Shown piece after piece: positions 54,909-64,000 of a stretch of DNA of 64,000 nt. This DNA is from Terriglobia bacterium (GTDB lineage: Bacteria > Acidobacteriota > Terriglobia > Acidiferrales > UBA7541), in the NCBI GenBank assembly GCA_020073375.1, contig JAIQFG010000007.1, forward strand, positions 30,762 through 94,761, read 5' to 3'. The notes beneath the pieces are model-generated. The model saw only the letters and a list, made by a program, of their open reading frames with translations, made no database searches and was not told the DNA's origin. Position 1 is the first letter of the stretch. Each line of letters begins with the position of its first letter. The position numbers were made by a program, and so were the translations under genes.

Positions 54909-56042
54909 TTACGGAATCAACGCGACACCGGGGCTTTTCAGAAAGCGAGCGATCTCATCGCCCGCTAAGTGATGTCCAGCAGCCGAGGGATGGACCGGAT
55001 CAACGCTGATTGATCGGTTGCGCAAAAATCGCTGGCCATCGTCCCCCGCTCGCATCGCTGGCAGTAAATCCAGCACTGGCACGCCGTAAGTAGCGCCGAT
55101 CTCTTGAATCCATCTCTGGGGTTGGCCGCGCAGTACCTCGGACCTGAAGTAGAGATGCAGCTGTTGGGCGTATAGCCGCAAAGCGCGCTCGGAGAGCTGG
55201 GGCTCCACCGGGAAGACTACGATCGCCAGCCGTTCCTTGTGGGCCTGAGCGAAATTCGCAATTCGCCGGATGTATCGATCCACTCCCTCGCGCGCCTTGT
55301 CCTGGGCAGGGGAGCGCGGCTCGATCGACAAGAAACCAAACCCTTCGTTGTCTTCCAGGTGGAGGATATCTAGCCTGTACAAAATTGATTTCGCGTGCAC
55401 GTAGAGAATGGTGTAAAGCGAGGAGTGCGTAAGGAAAAACCCATTGATGGAGCGAAAAACAGTCGGTTGGATATGAGGCTCTCTAGGTTCGGGATCGAGT
55501 TGCGGATCGATGTCGTTTAACGCCATGCAGACCACTAGAAGATCCGGGTGCATAGCTGGCGCATCATTTTCAATGAAGTGGGTGTAATACTCGAGGCCAG
55601 TAGCAGGAATGCCCGCGTTGATAACCTCATACCGCAAATTGGCGGGGGCAGACTCATTCAAATTCCGCTCCAGGACTTTAAGAAAAGTATCTTCAACGCG
55701 TACACCGTAGCCAAAGGTAATGGAGTCCCCGACTCCAATGATGCGAAACACACCGGGAGGCTTTTCAAGTGTCGTATCAGGGCCGCGCAAACCCAGATTA
55801 TTGATCGTCACGGGAACGCCAATATAGGAGTCTTGATGGGAGCTCGGGCGGAACGACCAAGCGGATCGGCGAAACGAACGGTCGTCGAACGAGGTAACCT
55901 GATAGTGCAACAACCGAAGCGCCAGTTCACCGACAGAGAGCGGCACCAGGATTCCAAGAAGTATCAGGCACCCGTTCAAAACCAGATTTCGCCATTTAAA
56001 CAATGGCTGCTTTCTAGAGCCATGCAAGGCAAGGGTATTCAT
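54909..56042 (-). CDS. SGNH/GDSL-family hydrolase (membrane-anchored)
   Basis: ORF 54909..56123. ATG 56042 avoids overlap with the upstream gene. FRIIGVGDSITFGYGV (GDS block) and SVDPVHPSAAGHHLAG (DxxH block). Confidence 0.75.
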   Translation of the reverse strand: MNTLALHGSRKQPLFKWRNLVLNGCLILLGILVPLSVGELALRLLHYQVTSFDDRSFRRSAWSFRPSSHQDSYIGVPVTINNLGLRGPDTTLEKPPGVFRIIGVGDSITFGYGVRVEDTFLKVLERNLNESAPANLRYEVINAGIPATGLEYYTHFIENDAPAMHPDLLVVCMALNDIDPQLDPEPREPHIQPTVFRSINGFFLTHSSLYTILYVHAKSILYRLDILHLEDNEGFGFLSIEPRSPAQDKAREGVDRYIRRIANFAQAHKERLAIVVFPVEPQLSERALRLYAQQLHLYFRSEVLRGQPQRWIQEIGATYGVPVLDLLPAMRAGDDGQRFLRNRSISVDPVHPSAAGHHLAGDEIARFLKSPGVALIP

Positions 56043-56050
56043 ACAGAGAC

Positions 56051-57886
56051 TCAGTCCATTTCCAGCGTAGAAGCGTAGTTGTTCGCCAGCTCTGGACGCT
56101 GTTCCCCTTTGCGGAGAAAGCAATTTCCGATTGCCAGCGCGTCAATCTGGGTACCCATAAAACATTGGAAGGCTTCTTCAGGTGTTCCGACGATCGGCTC
56201 ACCGCGAACATTGAAACTCGTATTGACCAGGACTGGACAGCCCGTGCGCTGCTTGAACGCCTTCAACAGTTGCGCATAGCGCGGGTTTGTTTCGGCGTGC
56301 ACGGTCTGAATGCGGGCCGAATAATCAACGTGCGTCACGGCCGGGATGGCGGAGCGCGGAACGTTAAGCTTGTCGATTCCAAAGCGCTTCTGGTCTTCAG
56401 TGGTCATCCGAGTCTGTTTGGACGGGGCGACTGCCGCGACTAGCAACATGTAGGGGCTATCCGCATCAAGATCGAACCAATCGGATACGTCCTCCCGTAA
56501 AACAGAAGGCGCGAATGGTCGAAACGACTCCCGATACTTGACTTTCAGGTTCAATACGGACTGCATGGAGGGCGAACGGGCGTCGGCCAGAATGGACCGG
56601 CCACCCAATGCACGTGGTCCGAACTCCATCCTGCCCTGAAACCAACCCAGGGCCTGTCCTGATTCCAGGGCGTTCACGCATTCCGTTATCAAGCAGTTAT
56701 CGCCAAGGACGTGAAAGACCGCCCCTGCCGCTTCGAGGCGCTGTTCTATTTCAATTTGCGAATGGTCCGGGCCCAAATAGGAGCCCCGCATCGCGTCCTC
56801 GGGACTGCTGAGTTCACGGTCGCGATCAAAATGAATATGATACGCTGCCAGCGCTGCCCCTAAAGCGCCACCCGCATCTCCCGAAGCCGGCTGAATCCAA
56901 ATCCCATCAAAATGTCCGTCGCGCATCACCTTGCCATTTGCAACGCAGTTCAAAGCGCAACCACCGGCCAAGCAAAGATTGCGAAGACCCGTTTCGCGAG
57001 ATGCGAAGCGGGTCATCCGCAACATGATCTCTTCGAGTACCACCTGGATGGAGGCGGCGATGTCCATGTGCTTTTGCGTCAACGATTCGCTAGGTTTGCG
57101 GGGCGGGCATCCGAAAAGCTCATCAAACTTGCTGTTCGTCATCGTAAGGCCCGCGCAATAGTTGAAGTACGATACGTCCAGCCGGAACGAACCATCGGAT
57201 TTCAGATCCAGCAGTTTGTCGAAGATTCGTTGTGCGTATTTGGGCTCGCCATAGGGGGCCAGCCCCATCAACTTGTATTCCCCGGAATTTACTTTAAATC
57301 CTGCGTGATATGTGAACGCGGAATAAAGCAAGCCAAGGGAATGCGGAAAATGCAGCTCTTTGACAATCTGCAGATTCTTGTTGTTGCCGATCGCGATCGA
57401 AGTTGTGGCCCATTCCCCGACGCCGTCCGTGGTCAGCACTGCCGCTTCCCCAAAGGGGGACGGGTAAAAGGCACTGGCCGCATGACTCAAATGATGTTCG
57501 GAAAAAAGTATTTTCTTATCCCACTTTGTGTGAGGCCGGAGCTTGGTCAGTTCACGATTCAGAAGCGAGCGCTGGAAGAGCTTTTCGCGAATCCAAAGCG
57601 GGATCGCCATCCTGAATGACTCTAGGCCGTTAGGGGCGAAGGCAAAATAGGTTTCCAGGAGCCGCTCAAATTTGATGAACGGTTTCTCGTAAAAGACCAC
57701 GTAATCCGGGCCGGGGCTGCCTTTCTTGCAGGCATCCATGCAGAACTGCACCGCGTTGCGCGGGAAGTCGGAATCGTGTTTCTTTCGGGTGAACCGCTCC
57801 TCCTGTGCCGCGGCGATGATCTTTCCGTCGCGGACAAGCGCTGCCGCGCTGTCATGATAGAAGGCCGAGATCCCAAGAATCTCCAT
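56051..57886 (-). CDS. Carbamoyltransferase (NodU/CmcH/SxtI family)
   Basis: ORF 56051..58051, with ATG 57886 giving MEILGISAFYHDSAAALVRDGKIIAAAQEERFTRKKHD, the canonical family N-terminus. C-terminal VNTSFNVRGEPIV. Confidence 0.85.
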   Translation of the reverse strand: MEILGISAFYHDSAAALVRDGKIIAAAQEERFTRKKHDSDFPRNAVQFCMDACKKGSPGPDYVVFYEKPFIKFERLLETYFAFAPNGLESFRMAIPLWIREKLFQRSLLNRELTKLRPHTKWDKKILFSEHHLSHAASAFYPSPFGEAAVLTTDGVGEWATTSIAIGNNKNLQIVKELHFPHSLGLLYSAFTYHAGFKVNSGEYKLMGLAPYGEPKYAQRIFDKLLDLKSDGSFRLDVSYFNYCAGLTMTNSKFDELFGCPPRKPSESLTQKHMDIAASIQVVLEEIMLRMTRFASRETGLRNLCLAGGCALNCVANGKVMRDGHFDGIWIQPASGDAGGALGAALAAYHIHFDRDRELSSPEDAMRGSYLGPDHSQIEIEQRLEAAGAVFHVLGDNCLITECVNALESGQALGWFQGRMEFGPRALGGRSILADARSPSMQSVLNLKVKYRESFRPFAPSVLREDVSDWFDLDADSPYMLLVAAVAPSKQTRMTTEDQKRFGIDKLNVPRSAIPAVTHVDYSARIQTVHAETNPRYAQLLKAFKQRTGCPVLVNTSFNVRGEPIVGTPEEAFQCFMGTQIDALAIGNCFLRKGEQRPELANNYASTLEMD

Positions 57887-57894
57887 GGTACTTG

Positions 57895-58047
57895 CTAGAA
57901 GAGCGAGTAGATGAACGGAGCTATGGCAGAGGTCTGCGCGAGAATCAGCAGCCCCCCGAGGATTAACAAGACGGCAAGCATTGGCAGGAGCCAGAATTTC
58001 TTTCGGACTCGCATAAAACCCCAAATTTCGCATAGAAACGTCATCAT
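57895..58047 (-). CDS. 50-aa membrane protein (DUF5989/SxtK-like), not in ORF track
   Basis: The minus strand from ATG 58047 reads MMTFLCEIWGFMRVRKKFWLLPMLAVLLILGGLLILAQTSAIAPFIYSLF*. It has a basic patch, one TM helix and a conserved-looking APFIYSLF end. The stop lies 8 nt before the carbamoyltransferase ATG. Confidence 0.7.
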   Translation of the reverse strand: MMTFLCEIWGFMRVRKKFWLLPMLAVLLILGGLLILAQTSAIAPFIYSLF

Positions 58048-58092
58048 TCACCTCACCGCTGGAATATTCCTGAACTCGAAACCTCTGGTTTC

Positions 58093-58509
58093 CTAGAACT
58101 GGTTGATCATGCTCGCTCGGGACGAATCGGATGGTTCCCGCGTGATCCAGTATGTGGATGCCGATGGATTAAGCTGCATATGGAGCGGGTCCTTCTTCCT
58201 CAACCGATTCAGCAGGCCCACAGGAACGAAGCATCCGTAGAATATGAGCCCCATCACAATCGGATTCACAACGCGACTGAGCAGCAACCCGATCTTTCCC
58301 GACAAAAGATTCGGCCTGTGAAGCGCTCGCGGCAAGAATAAGGAGAGAAGCAGCAGCACGCCAGCTAGAGCCATCGGCCAAACTCGGACCCCGCGAGCAT
58401 GTCGAAGAGGCGCCAGTGAAAAGAGAACCAGAAAAACCGTCCATACAAAACCGAACGTCCGGTCTGAGGACACCGTGATCACCGGCTTCCTGTTCAGATC
58501 TTCGTGCAT
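58093..58509 (-). CDS. SxtJ-like membrane protein
   Basis: ORF 58093..58635, ATG 58509 (MHEDLNRKPVITVSSDRTFGFVWTVFLVLFSL...). Two to three TM helices. It sits next to the small membrane protein and the carbamoyltransferase, as in sxtI/J/K-type modules. Confidence 0.65.
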   Translation of the reverse strand: MHEDLNRKPVITVSSDRTFGFVWTVFLVLFSLAPLRHARGVRVWPMALAGVLLLLSLFLPRALHRPNLLSGKIGLLLSRVVNPIVMGLIFYGCFVPVGLLNRLRKKDPLHMQLNPSASTYWITREPSDSSRASMINQF

Positions 58510-58659
58510 TGTTAGGCCTCTATCTGAATATGGGACCGGCCATCGAAGTCTTTGCCATGTTTTTCTCTCCAGACTTTGGCAATGGCTGGTTACTTGATTG
58601 GCCGCAAGAGAAGAACGGTGGGCTGCCATACGCAATTGTAATTGGGTATGCGGCGGGCA

Positions 58660-59754
58660 CTAGACGCTGCTCCGAAATTGGGCGGCCGGACCTTTCCCTG
58701 GGTCGGTGATCACGGTAGCGGTAATTTGCATTCTGGACGTGACCTCGTCCAATTCATCTCGGAACGCCGCAAACGACCTGCGCAGCGCCTCGGCGGTCGG
58801 CACCAACTGTTTCCACCCGATGGAGTGCAACTTCGAATTGTCAAACCGATTTCCACCCCACAGATTCCGCACCTTATAGGGGGTGAGGATCGCCGGCAAC
58901 TGGCCACGCGAGTACCTATGGTATTTCACGAGCATTCTTGAAAGTATTTGCATACCAAAGTAGGGCACCCGAACGGACTGAACATTTGCGACGCTCTTTT
59001 TGTAGGCACGTAGATATTCACGGCACGTTGGCAGGTCGTCGTCATGCACGTTGTAGACTTGACCCGCCCCATCGGGATGAGTGCCGGCAACTACCATGGC
59101 TTCCGCGCAATTTTCGACAAATGTCAAGGGAAGCGGATTGCCTCCTCCGACCTGCAACTGCCACCCGCCAATCGTCAGGCCAATTCGATCGGAAAAATGG
59201 CCGCTGCCTGGGCCGTAGATGACCCCTGGCCGCACTACTACTAGGTCGAAGTTATTCTGCCGCTGGTATGTCCAGAACAGTTCCTCTTGACGTAGTTTGG
59301 CGTGCGAGTAGGGATCGCGCCACTCAGGCCGAGGCTCGAGCGGAGTTTGTTCATCGACCTTTGCGCCCCGGCTAAGCCCCGCGACTCCATACACGCCGAA
59401 GGAACTTGCCAGGACGATGCGCATGGGCCTGCGATCGCCAATAGCCTCCAACAAATTTCTGGAACCAACTACGGAATCCAGAAAGAGATCGGCGGCAACG
59501 CCCTTCTTACGAGCGGCGAGATGGAAAATCAGCTCCGCACCGTCTACTGCCCGAGCAGCATCCTCTCGGTATTTCAAGTTTCCGACGCAATAATCTATGC
59601 TCGCGTGGGGATATCGTCTCGACAGCGCATCAAACTTGCGAATGTCCGTGCGCCGCCGCAAATTGCAACGGAGATCCGTATAGCCATGAGCCAGGAGACG
59701 CTCGACAACCGCCCCCCCAAGAAATCCTGCGGCGCCTGTAACGAGCAATTTCAT
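58660..59754 (-). CDS. NAD-dependent epimerase/dehydratase (SDR family)
   Basis: MKLLVTGAAGFLGGAVVERL Rossmann motif and YSHAKLRQE (YxxxK). ATGA overlap with the upstream gene stop at 59751. Confidence 0.8.
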   Translation of the reverse strand: MKLLVTGAAGFLGGAVVERLLAHGYTDLRCNLRRRTDIRKFDALSRRYPHASIDYCVGNLKYREDAARAVDGAELIFHLAARKKGVAADLFLDSVVGSRNLLEAIGDRRPMRIVLASSFGVYGVAGLSRGAKVDEQTPLEPRPEWRDPYSHAKLRQEELFWTYQRQNNFDLVVVRPGVIYGPGSGHFSDRIGLTIGGWQLQVGGGNPLPLTFVENCAEAMVVAGTHPDGAGQVYNVHDDDLPTCREYLRAYKKSVANVQSVRVPYFGMQILSRMLVKYHRYSRGQLPAILTPYKVRNLWGGNRFDNSKLHSIGWKQLVPTAEALRRSFAAFRDELDEVTSRMQITATVITDPGKGPAAQFRSSV

Positions 59755-60830
59755 ACCATGCTCACCGCATAGACCTGCGCGGAGATTTCATCCGTGATTT
59801 CCGACACGCGCAATATATCCGAGTATGCGATCGGAACTTGCGTTTCGTGCAGAATGCTGTCGTAAAACTGCGAGAGCAACCGGTTCAATCCCGCGAAATA
59901 ATGAGCCCGTGAACCCGCGAATTCCTGGACGTTGCGTGCCGCTTGCCGCACATTTTGCCAGCTGGATTGAAACGGGGGCAACAACCGGCCGAGAGCGCTC
60001 GGGACCGATTGTCTTCCTTCAACCAACATGGTCCGAAACGCGAAATCGACATGGGCGGTATTCTTGGTGCCATACACGCGCATGAAATGGCCAGCCGGCC
60101 GCGCATGTGAGCTGAACGTCACGTATGCCGATACGCGAGCGCCAAGAATCATCACGCGCAATTCGTCCATCACGCCATCCGTGTTGTCATCATTTGACTG
60201 CCGCCGGCGGTATGCGCGCGCGACAATCTCCAGGGGTTCGTCAGGAAGGAATGGCGTGACCTTGTTGATCGCGTGGTCGAGATTGTTCTGGAACAGCTTG
60301 CCCGGCAATCGATGCACCCAATGGCGGTCATCGGAGAGCAGTGCCTGGCCAAATCCGTCCGCCAGATCGTACCCGTAAAAGCTTTCGATATGCACCGGTT
60401 CTCCTAGTTGCCCCCGGGCAACGAACTCCTTAAGTGCCAGGGCCGGCGCTTCAAAGTTGTACCAATGGTTGATCGTCATTTTTCGCCCCGCCTGTTGAAC
60501 GCATTCGATCAGGCGCCTGCCGTCTTTCGCGTTCATCGCCAGCGGCTTCTCAAGAAAAACATGGCATCCGGATTGAGCCGCCTTTCGTGCCAGAGCAAGG
60601 TGCGAATCCGGAGGAGTGGCGATGTGAATTACGTCCAACCGTTGTTCCGAGAGCATGCGGTCAAAATCCGCGTACCAATGCGGGATGGAGTAGCGAAGTG
60701 CGATCTGTTCGGCAAGGATCGATTCCAGATCGCAAACCGCGACCAGACGGGCGCAGGAAATCTTCTGGATTTCCTCGGCGTGGCTGTCGGCGATTTTCCC
60801 GCAGCCGACTATGCCGATATTCAGGGTCAT
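59751..60830 (-). CDS. Gfo/Idh/MocA-family oxidoreductase
   Basis: ORF 59751..60872. ATG 60830 is preferred (GGGAGAA 4 nt upstream), giving MTLNIGIVGCGKIADSHAEE. EKPLA motif present. Confidence 0.8.
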   Translation of the reverse strand: MTLNIGIVGCGKIADSHAEEIQKISCARLVAVCDLESILAEQIALRYSIPHWYADFDRMLSEQRLDVIHIATPPDSHLALARKAAQSGCHVFLEKPLAMNAKDGRRLIECVQQAGRKMTINHWYNFEAPALALKEFVARGQLGEPVHIESFYGYDLADGFGQALLSDDRHWVHRLPGKLFQNNLDHAINKVTPFLPDEPLEIVARAYRRRQSNDDNTDGVMDELRVMILGARVSAYVTFSSHARPAGHFMRVYGTKNTAHVDFAFRTMLVEGRQSVPSALGRLLPPFQSSWQNVRQAARNVQEFAGSRAHYFAGLNRLLSQFYDSILHETQVPIAYSDILRVSEITDEISAQVYAVSMV

Positions 60831-60868
60831 TTGTTCTCCCAAAGCATGTTCCGGTGTCAACGAATCGC

Positions 60869-62368
60869 TCAAAAGCGGAGCCGGACAATTTCGTATATGA
60901 AGATGATTGCGAAGGCTTCGACCGCCAGTGTATAGGGCACCCAGCGAAGTGGGGCGGGCGATTCATCGCTATATTGGTGCAACGCGATAGTTGCAGTGGC
61001 CAGCCCCAGAACCAGGTACACGGTTGACTGGTAAGTACGCGAAAGAAACCAACCCGTCGCGATAAACGAAATCAGGGCCAGGCGTATGGCCACGACCCAT
61101 TGGGCAGGCACGGCGCACTCGATCGCAGTTTGATTTTCGGATGAAACATTTGTAGAGCCGAATGTCGCGTTTGAGTTCGCCGAATGCTTTTCAACAGCGC
61201 GCGAACGAGGTCTTGAGAAAGAGGGCTGTTCCTTCTGCGTGTCATCCGCCGCAGGAGCCAAGCCAACCTGCGCCTTTTCCCGTATCCGGATGATCGTATT
61301 CAAACCCATAACCGTGGTGACGATCAATGCGACCCAGAACGTGCACCCAACCGATCCAAGTTCCGCGAGGCACAAGACGAAAGAATTGTGAGCGGTGATG
61401 TCTGCGAAGTCGGCAAATTTGCCAAAGCCAACTCCGAAGAAAGGCGCACTCTTGAACATCTGCAGCCCGCTGGCCCAGAGCGAAAGCCTGTCCGCGCCTG
61501 CATCCACCGAGATCATGCGGCCGCCGGTAAAATTCAGGGCCAGCAGGCCGGTGCCGAGCAGAATCGTGATGATCACTGATGCGGTGGTCCCGATTTTCTT
61601 TCGGGCGATCATCCATGCAAGTATCACCAATCCGACCAGGGCGCCGCGCGAATGCGTCAGATAAATAGCCCACAGAAGCAAAACAGCGGGCGTTAATACA
61701 ATCAGCCAGTTGTGCGTCGACCGCCCGGGCCGCCAGGCGACAAACGTGAGGGGCAAAGCGACCAGAAGAATTTGAGCGAAATCATTGGGATCGCTCAGAA
61801 ACCCAGCTCCCCGGATGCGGACAAATTCGCCCACAACCAGCCGCTGGGAAAAAAGCGTCTGGCTTACCAGAAACGTCTCGCCGCGATATCCAAAATAGTA
61901 TCCGCACAACGCCTCGACAACAACCACCAGACAGGACGCAACAATGGCCAGCGAAAGCATCTTCAGCGCGCGCGTCGTCGTGACGTTCGCAACAATGAAG
62001 AAGAATACGACGGCGCTCGGCAGGAACGATTTCCAGCTCACAATCACTCCGCCAAACCATCCATTTGCGATTTCAGAAAGCCCTATGGCAACGATGAAAC
62101 CGAGCAACAGTAAGGTCTGCGTCGATGCTCTGAAGCACAAGGCGGTAAAAACCCCGCGTAAGGAAATGAGGAAAATAATTCCCCCGAGGATTGTAAGCGA
62201 GTGATAGTTGGCCCACTCATTTCCGAACTGCTCCGGAGAAATGATTGTCAGGAAAACAAAGACAACGGTGAGCAGGAGGCCTATGCCTCCATATCCTTCA
62301 CCCACGACATCTTGTCGTTCCCGGTCTGACCCAGGTTCATCCCACATGGCTGCTACTCGGCCATTCAT
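60869..62368 (-). CDS. O-antigen ligase/polymerase-family (Wzy_C-like) multi-TM protein
   Basis: ORF 60869..62476. Start is uncertain (ATG 62368 or 62347). About 10+ TM helices and an LTHSRGALVGL-type loop typical of the O-antigen ligase-like family. Confidence 0.7.
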   Translation of the reverse strand: MNGRVAAMWDEPGSDRERQDVVGEGYGGIGLLLTVVFVFLTIISPEQFGNEWANYHSLTILGGIIFLISLRGVFTALCFRASTQTLLLLGFIVAIGLSEIANGWFGGVIVSWKSFLPSAVVFFFIVANVTTTRALKMLSLAIVASCLVVVVEALCGYYFGYRGETFLVSQTLFSQRLVVGEFVRIRGAGFLSDPNDFAQILLVALPLTFVAWRPGRSTHNWLIVLTPAVLLLWAIYLTHSRGALVGLVILAWMIARKKIGTTASVIITILLGTGLLALNFTGGRMISVDAGADRLSLWASGLQMFKSAPFFGVGFGKFADFADITAHNSFVLCLAELGSVGCTFWVALIVTTVMGLNTIIRIREKAQVGLAPAADDTQKEQPSFSRPRSRAVEKHSANSNATFGSTNVSSENQTAIECAVPAQWVVAIRLALISFIATGWFLSRTYQSTVYLVLGLATATIALHQYSDESPAPLRWVPYTLAVEAFAIIFIYEIVRLRF

Positions 62369-62394
62369 GGGAGACACGGAAAGCGAGGGCCGCC

Positions 62395-63588
62395 TCAAAC
62401 GACTTCCCCTATTAGGCTGGAATTGCCAACAGCCGCGCAGCAAGCTTGATATGTTTCCCGGGCCACTTCGTCCCAACTTCGGCGGGAACTGTTGGCGATT
62501 TGTTCTTCATTCCAAGGGTGATCCAGAGCGCGGGACAGAGTTCGCGCAAGTTCCCGCGCGTTTTTCGGCGGCACCAGCATCCCACAATTTGGATTCAACA
62601 ATTCAGGTATGCCGCCCACGCTGCTGGCTACCACCGGCCGGCCGCACGAGATTGCTTCGATCACCACGTTCGGGCAACCTTCCGAATGGCTAGGCAAGCA
62701 GAGAACATTCGATGCCGCGAGCCATCGCGCAATTTCCTTCGGATTTGCGCTGCCCACGAATTGAACCAGGCCTTTGAGGTCCGGCCGGGAGGAACGTTGA
62801 AGCAATTCCGGCCCCATCGGGCCATCCCCAATGCAAACCAAGCGTAGACGTGGACGGGATGCCTTGAGTATTGCGGCGGCTTCCATCAGATCCCGCAATC
62901 CTTTCAAGGCAACGAGCCTTCCGACAAACACGACAACCTCGGCCCCAAGATCGATGCTCAATTCGAGACGAGCGGCAGCGCGGCTGGCGGGCCTGAAAAC
63001 CTCAAAATCACATCCATTGTGAATCGTGCGGCATTTCTCCGGCGGGGTGCCAAATCGAATTGCCCTTTCCCGAAGGGCGTTGCTGACTGTCACGACAAAC
63101 GACGCTTTCCTGAGCGTCTGCGCGACCAACTGCCCCACAACGTAACCGGGAATGCGGAGAATATCCGAGCCCAGTGCGCCAATCACCGCTGGAATCCCAA
63201 GATCCCTCGCCGCAGCGACAGCTCCAAACCCCTCGGGGTAAACGTTGTAGCCAATGACGAGGTCGGGCTGAAATTGTCGCAAGCGCCCGACCAGGGCGCG
63301 CCCGCAATTGTGACCGTTCAGCGGGCGAGTGATGACCGGCAGGGCCGTATATTGCAGATATTCCACCTTTACATCGGACATGCTGTGGGAGGGCTCGTTA
63401 TCGCGGTAGAGAAACGATCGCGGTTGCAAGAACCTATATCTAGGATACGCGGAATCGACACAAAACACGCGGACGTCCGCGATCCTGGCGAGCGCTTTTG
63501 TTATTTCATACACCGGACGGCCACGATTCGGCTGGCTGCTACTCGGAAAAAAATGAGTGGCAACGGCGATCTTGAGTTTGCGGGTCAT
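62395..63588 (-). CDS. Glycosyltransferase, GT4 (group 1) family
   Basis: MTRKLKIAVATHFFPSSSQPNRGRPVYE N-terminus. C-terminal LCLPSHSEGCPNVVIEAISCGRPVVAS (E-x7-E region). Confidence 0.8.
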   Translation of the reverse strand: MTRKLKIAVATHFFPSSSQPNRGRPVYEITKALARIADVRVFCVDSAYPRYRFLQPRSFLYRDNEPSHSMSDVKVEYLQYTALPVITRPLNGHNCGRALVGRLRQFQPDLVIGYNVYPEGFGAVAAARDLGIPAVIGALGSDILRIPGYVVGQLVAQTLRKASFVVTVSNALRERAIRFGTPPEKCRTIHNGCDFEVFRPASRAAARLELSIDLGAEVVVFVGRLVALKGLRDLMEAAAILKASRPRLRLVCIGDGPMGPELLQRSSRPDLKGLVQFVGSANPKEIARWLAASNVLCLPSHSEGCPNVVIEAISCGRPVVASSVGGIPELLNPNCGMLVPPKNARELARTLSRALDHPWNEEQIANSSRRSWDEVARETYQACCAAVGNSSLIGEVV

Positions 63589-63612
63589 CCGTTCACAAAG
63601 AGAAGCTGCCTC

Positions 63613-64000
63613 TCATCTCGTAATTTCGAGGGCAGGCGACCGGGACACGAGGAAATCGACCAGTCGCTCGTACCAGCGCCGGGCTGGTGTGGGTACCAAG
63701 GTAGAGAGCAACAGCAGACGTCGTCGATCTTCCTTCTGCCACAATTGCAAGGACCGGGCTGTTAATAGAAAAACAATGGCGCCCGCCGGGATGGCGGCGG
63801 CAAGCTTCATGAGAGGGCTCAAGGGGAGCGCCACAATCGCGAGTACGACAATAGCCATTGCCACGGTCGCCGCGGAAAGCCTCAACAGAACGGAGGTATC
63901 GAGCCTGACCGGGTAGCGGGTGAGGATATGCCTCCAAATGGCGACTACGGCAAACGATTGCGTGAGTCCATTGGCCAGGGCCGCGCCTGTTGCGCCGTAC
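63613..64000 (-). CDS. Polysaccharide-biosynthesis (Wzx/MOP-type flippase-like) protein, C-terminal part (5' end beyond window)
   Basis: The frame is open from 63999 down to the stop at 63613: YGATGAALANGLTQSFAVVAIWRHILTRYPVRLDTSVLLRLSAATVAMAIVVLAIVALPL... The TM-rich C-terminus is typical of flippases. Confidence 0.6.
   Translation of the reverse strand, partial: YGATGAALANGLTQSFAVVAIWRHILTRYPVRLDTSVLLRLSAATVAMAIVVLAIVALPLSPLMKLAAAIPAGAIVFLLTARSLQLWQKEDRRRLLLLSTLVPTPARRWYERLVDFLVSRSPALEITR

Overview
GC-rich bacterial chromosomal window, densely packed with genes for Sec/Tat-exported enzymes. I recognised no rRNA, tRNA or CRISPR. The gene content looks Acidobacteriota-like: Oar-type TonB receptor with a CarboxypepD_reg N-terminus, many secreted beta-propellers, Ser/Thr kinases and GGAG-type SD sites. 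That assignment is inference only. The window falls into four blocks. (1) 1-28.7 kb: response-regulator fragment, MbfA-like iron exporter, NHL/Kelch/lactonase propellers, a 1614-aa radical-copper-oxidase-like giant protein with seven Ig-like repeats, amidohydrolases, an RNase II-family nuclease, alpha/beta hydrolases, a cyclase-kinase-SPOR fusion and an orphan IorB-type molybdoenzyme subunit. (2) 28.7-33.5 kb: a visibly AT-richer, decayed or accessory patch. It holds a kinase gene remnant, an intact IS630 element with an A8 frameshift site, three small SD-preceded genes and a ~185-nt repeat that brackets the patch. (3) 33.5-52.6 kb: the most unusual part. This co-directional locus has a wHTH-TPR regulator, an Oar-type TonB receptor, an SMP-30 lactonase-like protein, an NHL propeller plus a truncated copy, and three paralogous ~400-aa alpha/beta hydrolases. 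It also has seven genes carrying eight copies of one secreted NTF2-like (DUF4440-type) domain. (4) 52.8-64 kb: a minus-strand exopolysaccharide/O-antigen-type operon. It includes an sxtI/J/K-like carbamoyltransferase module with a 50-aa gene that is missing from the ORF track. All functional calls rest on motif recognition by eye, not on database searches.
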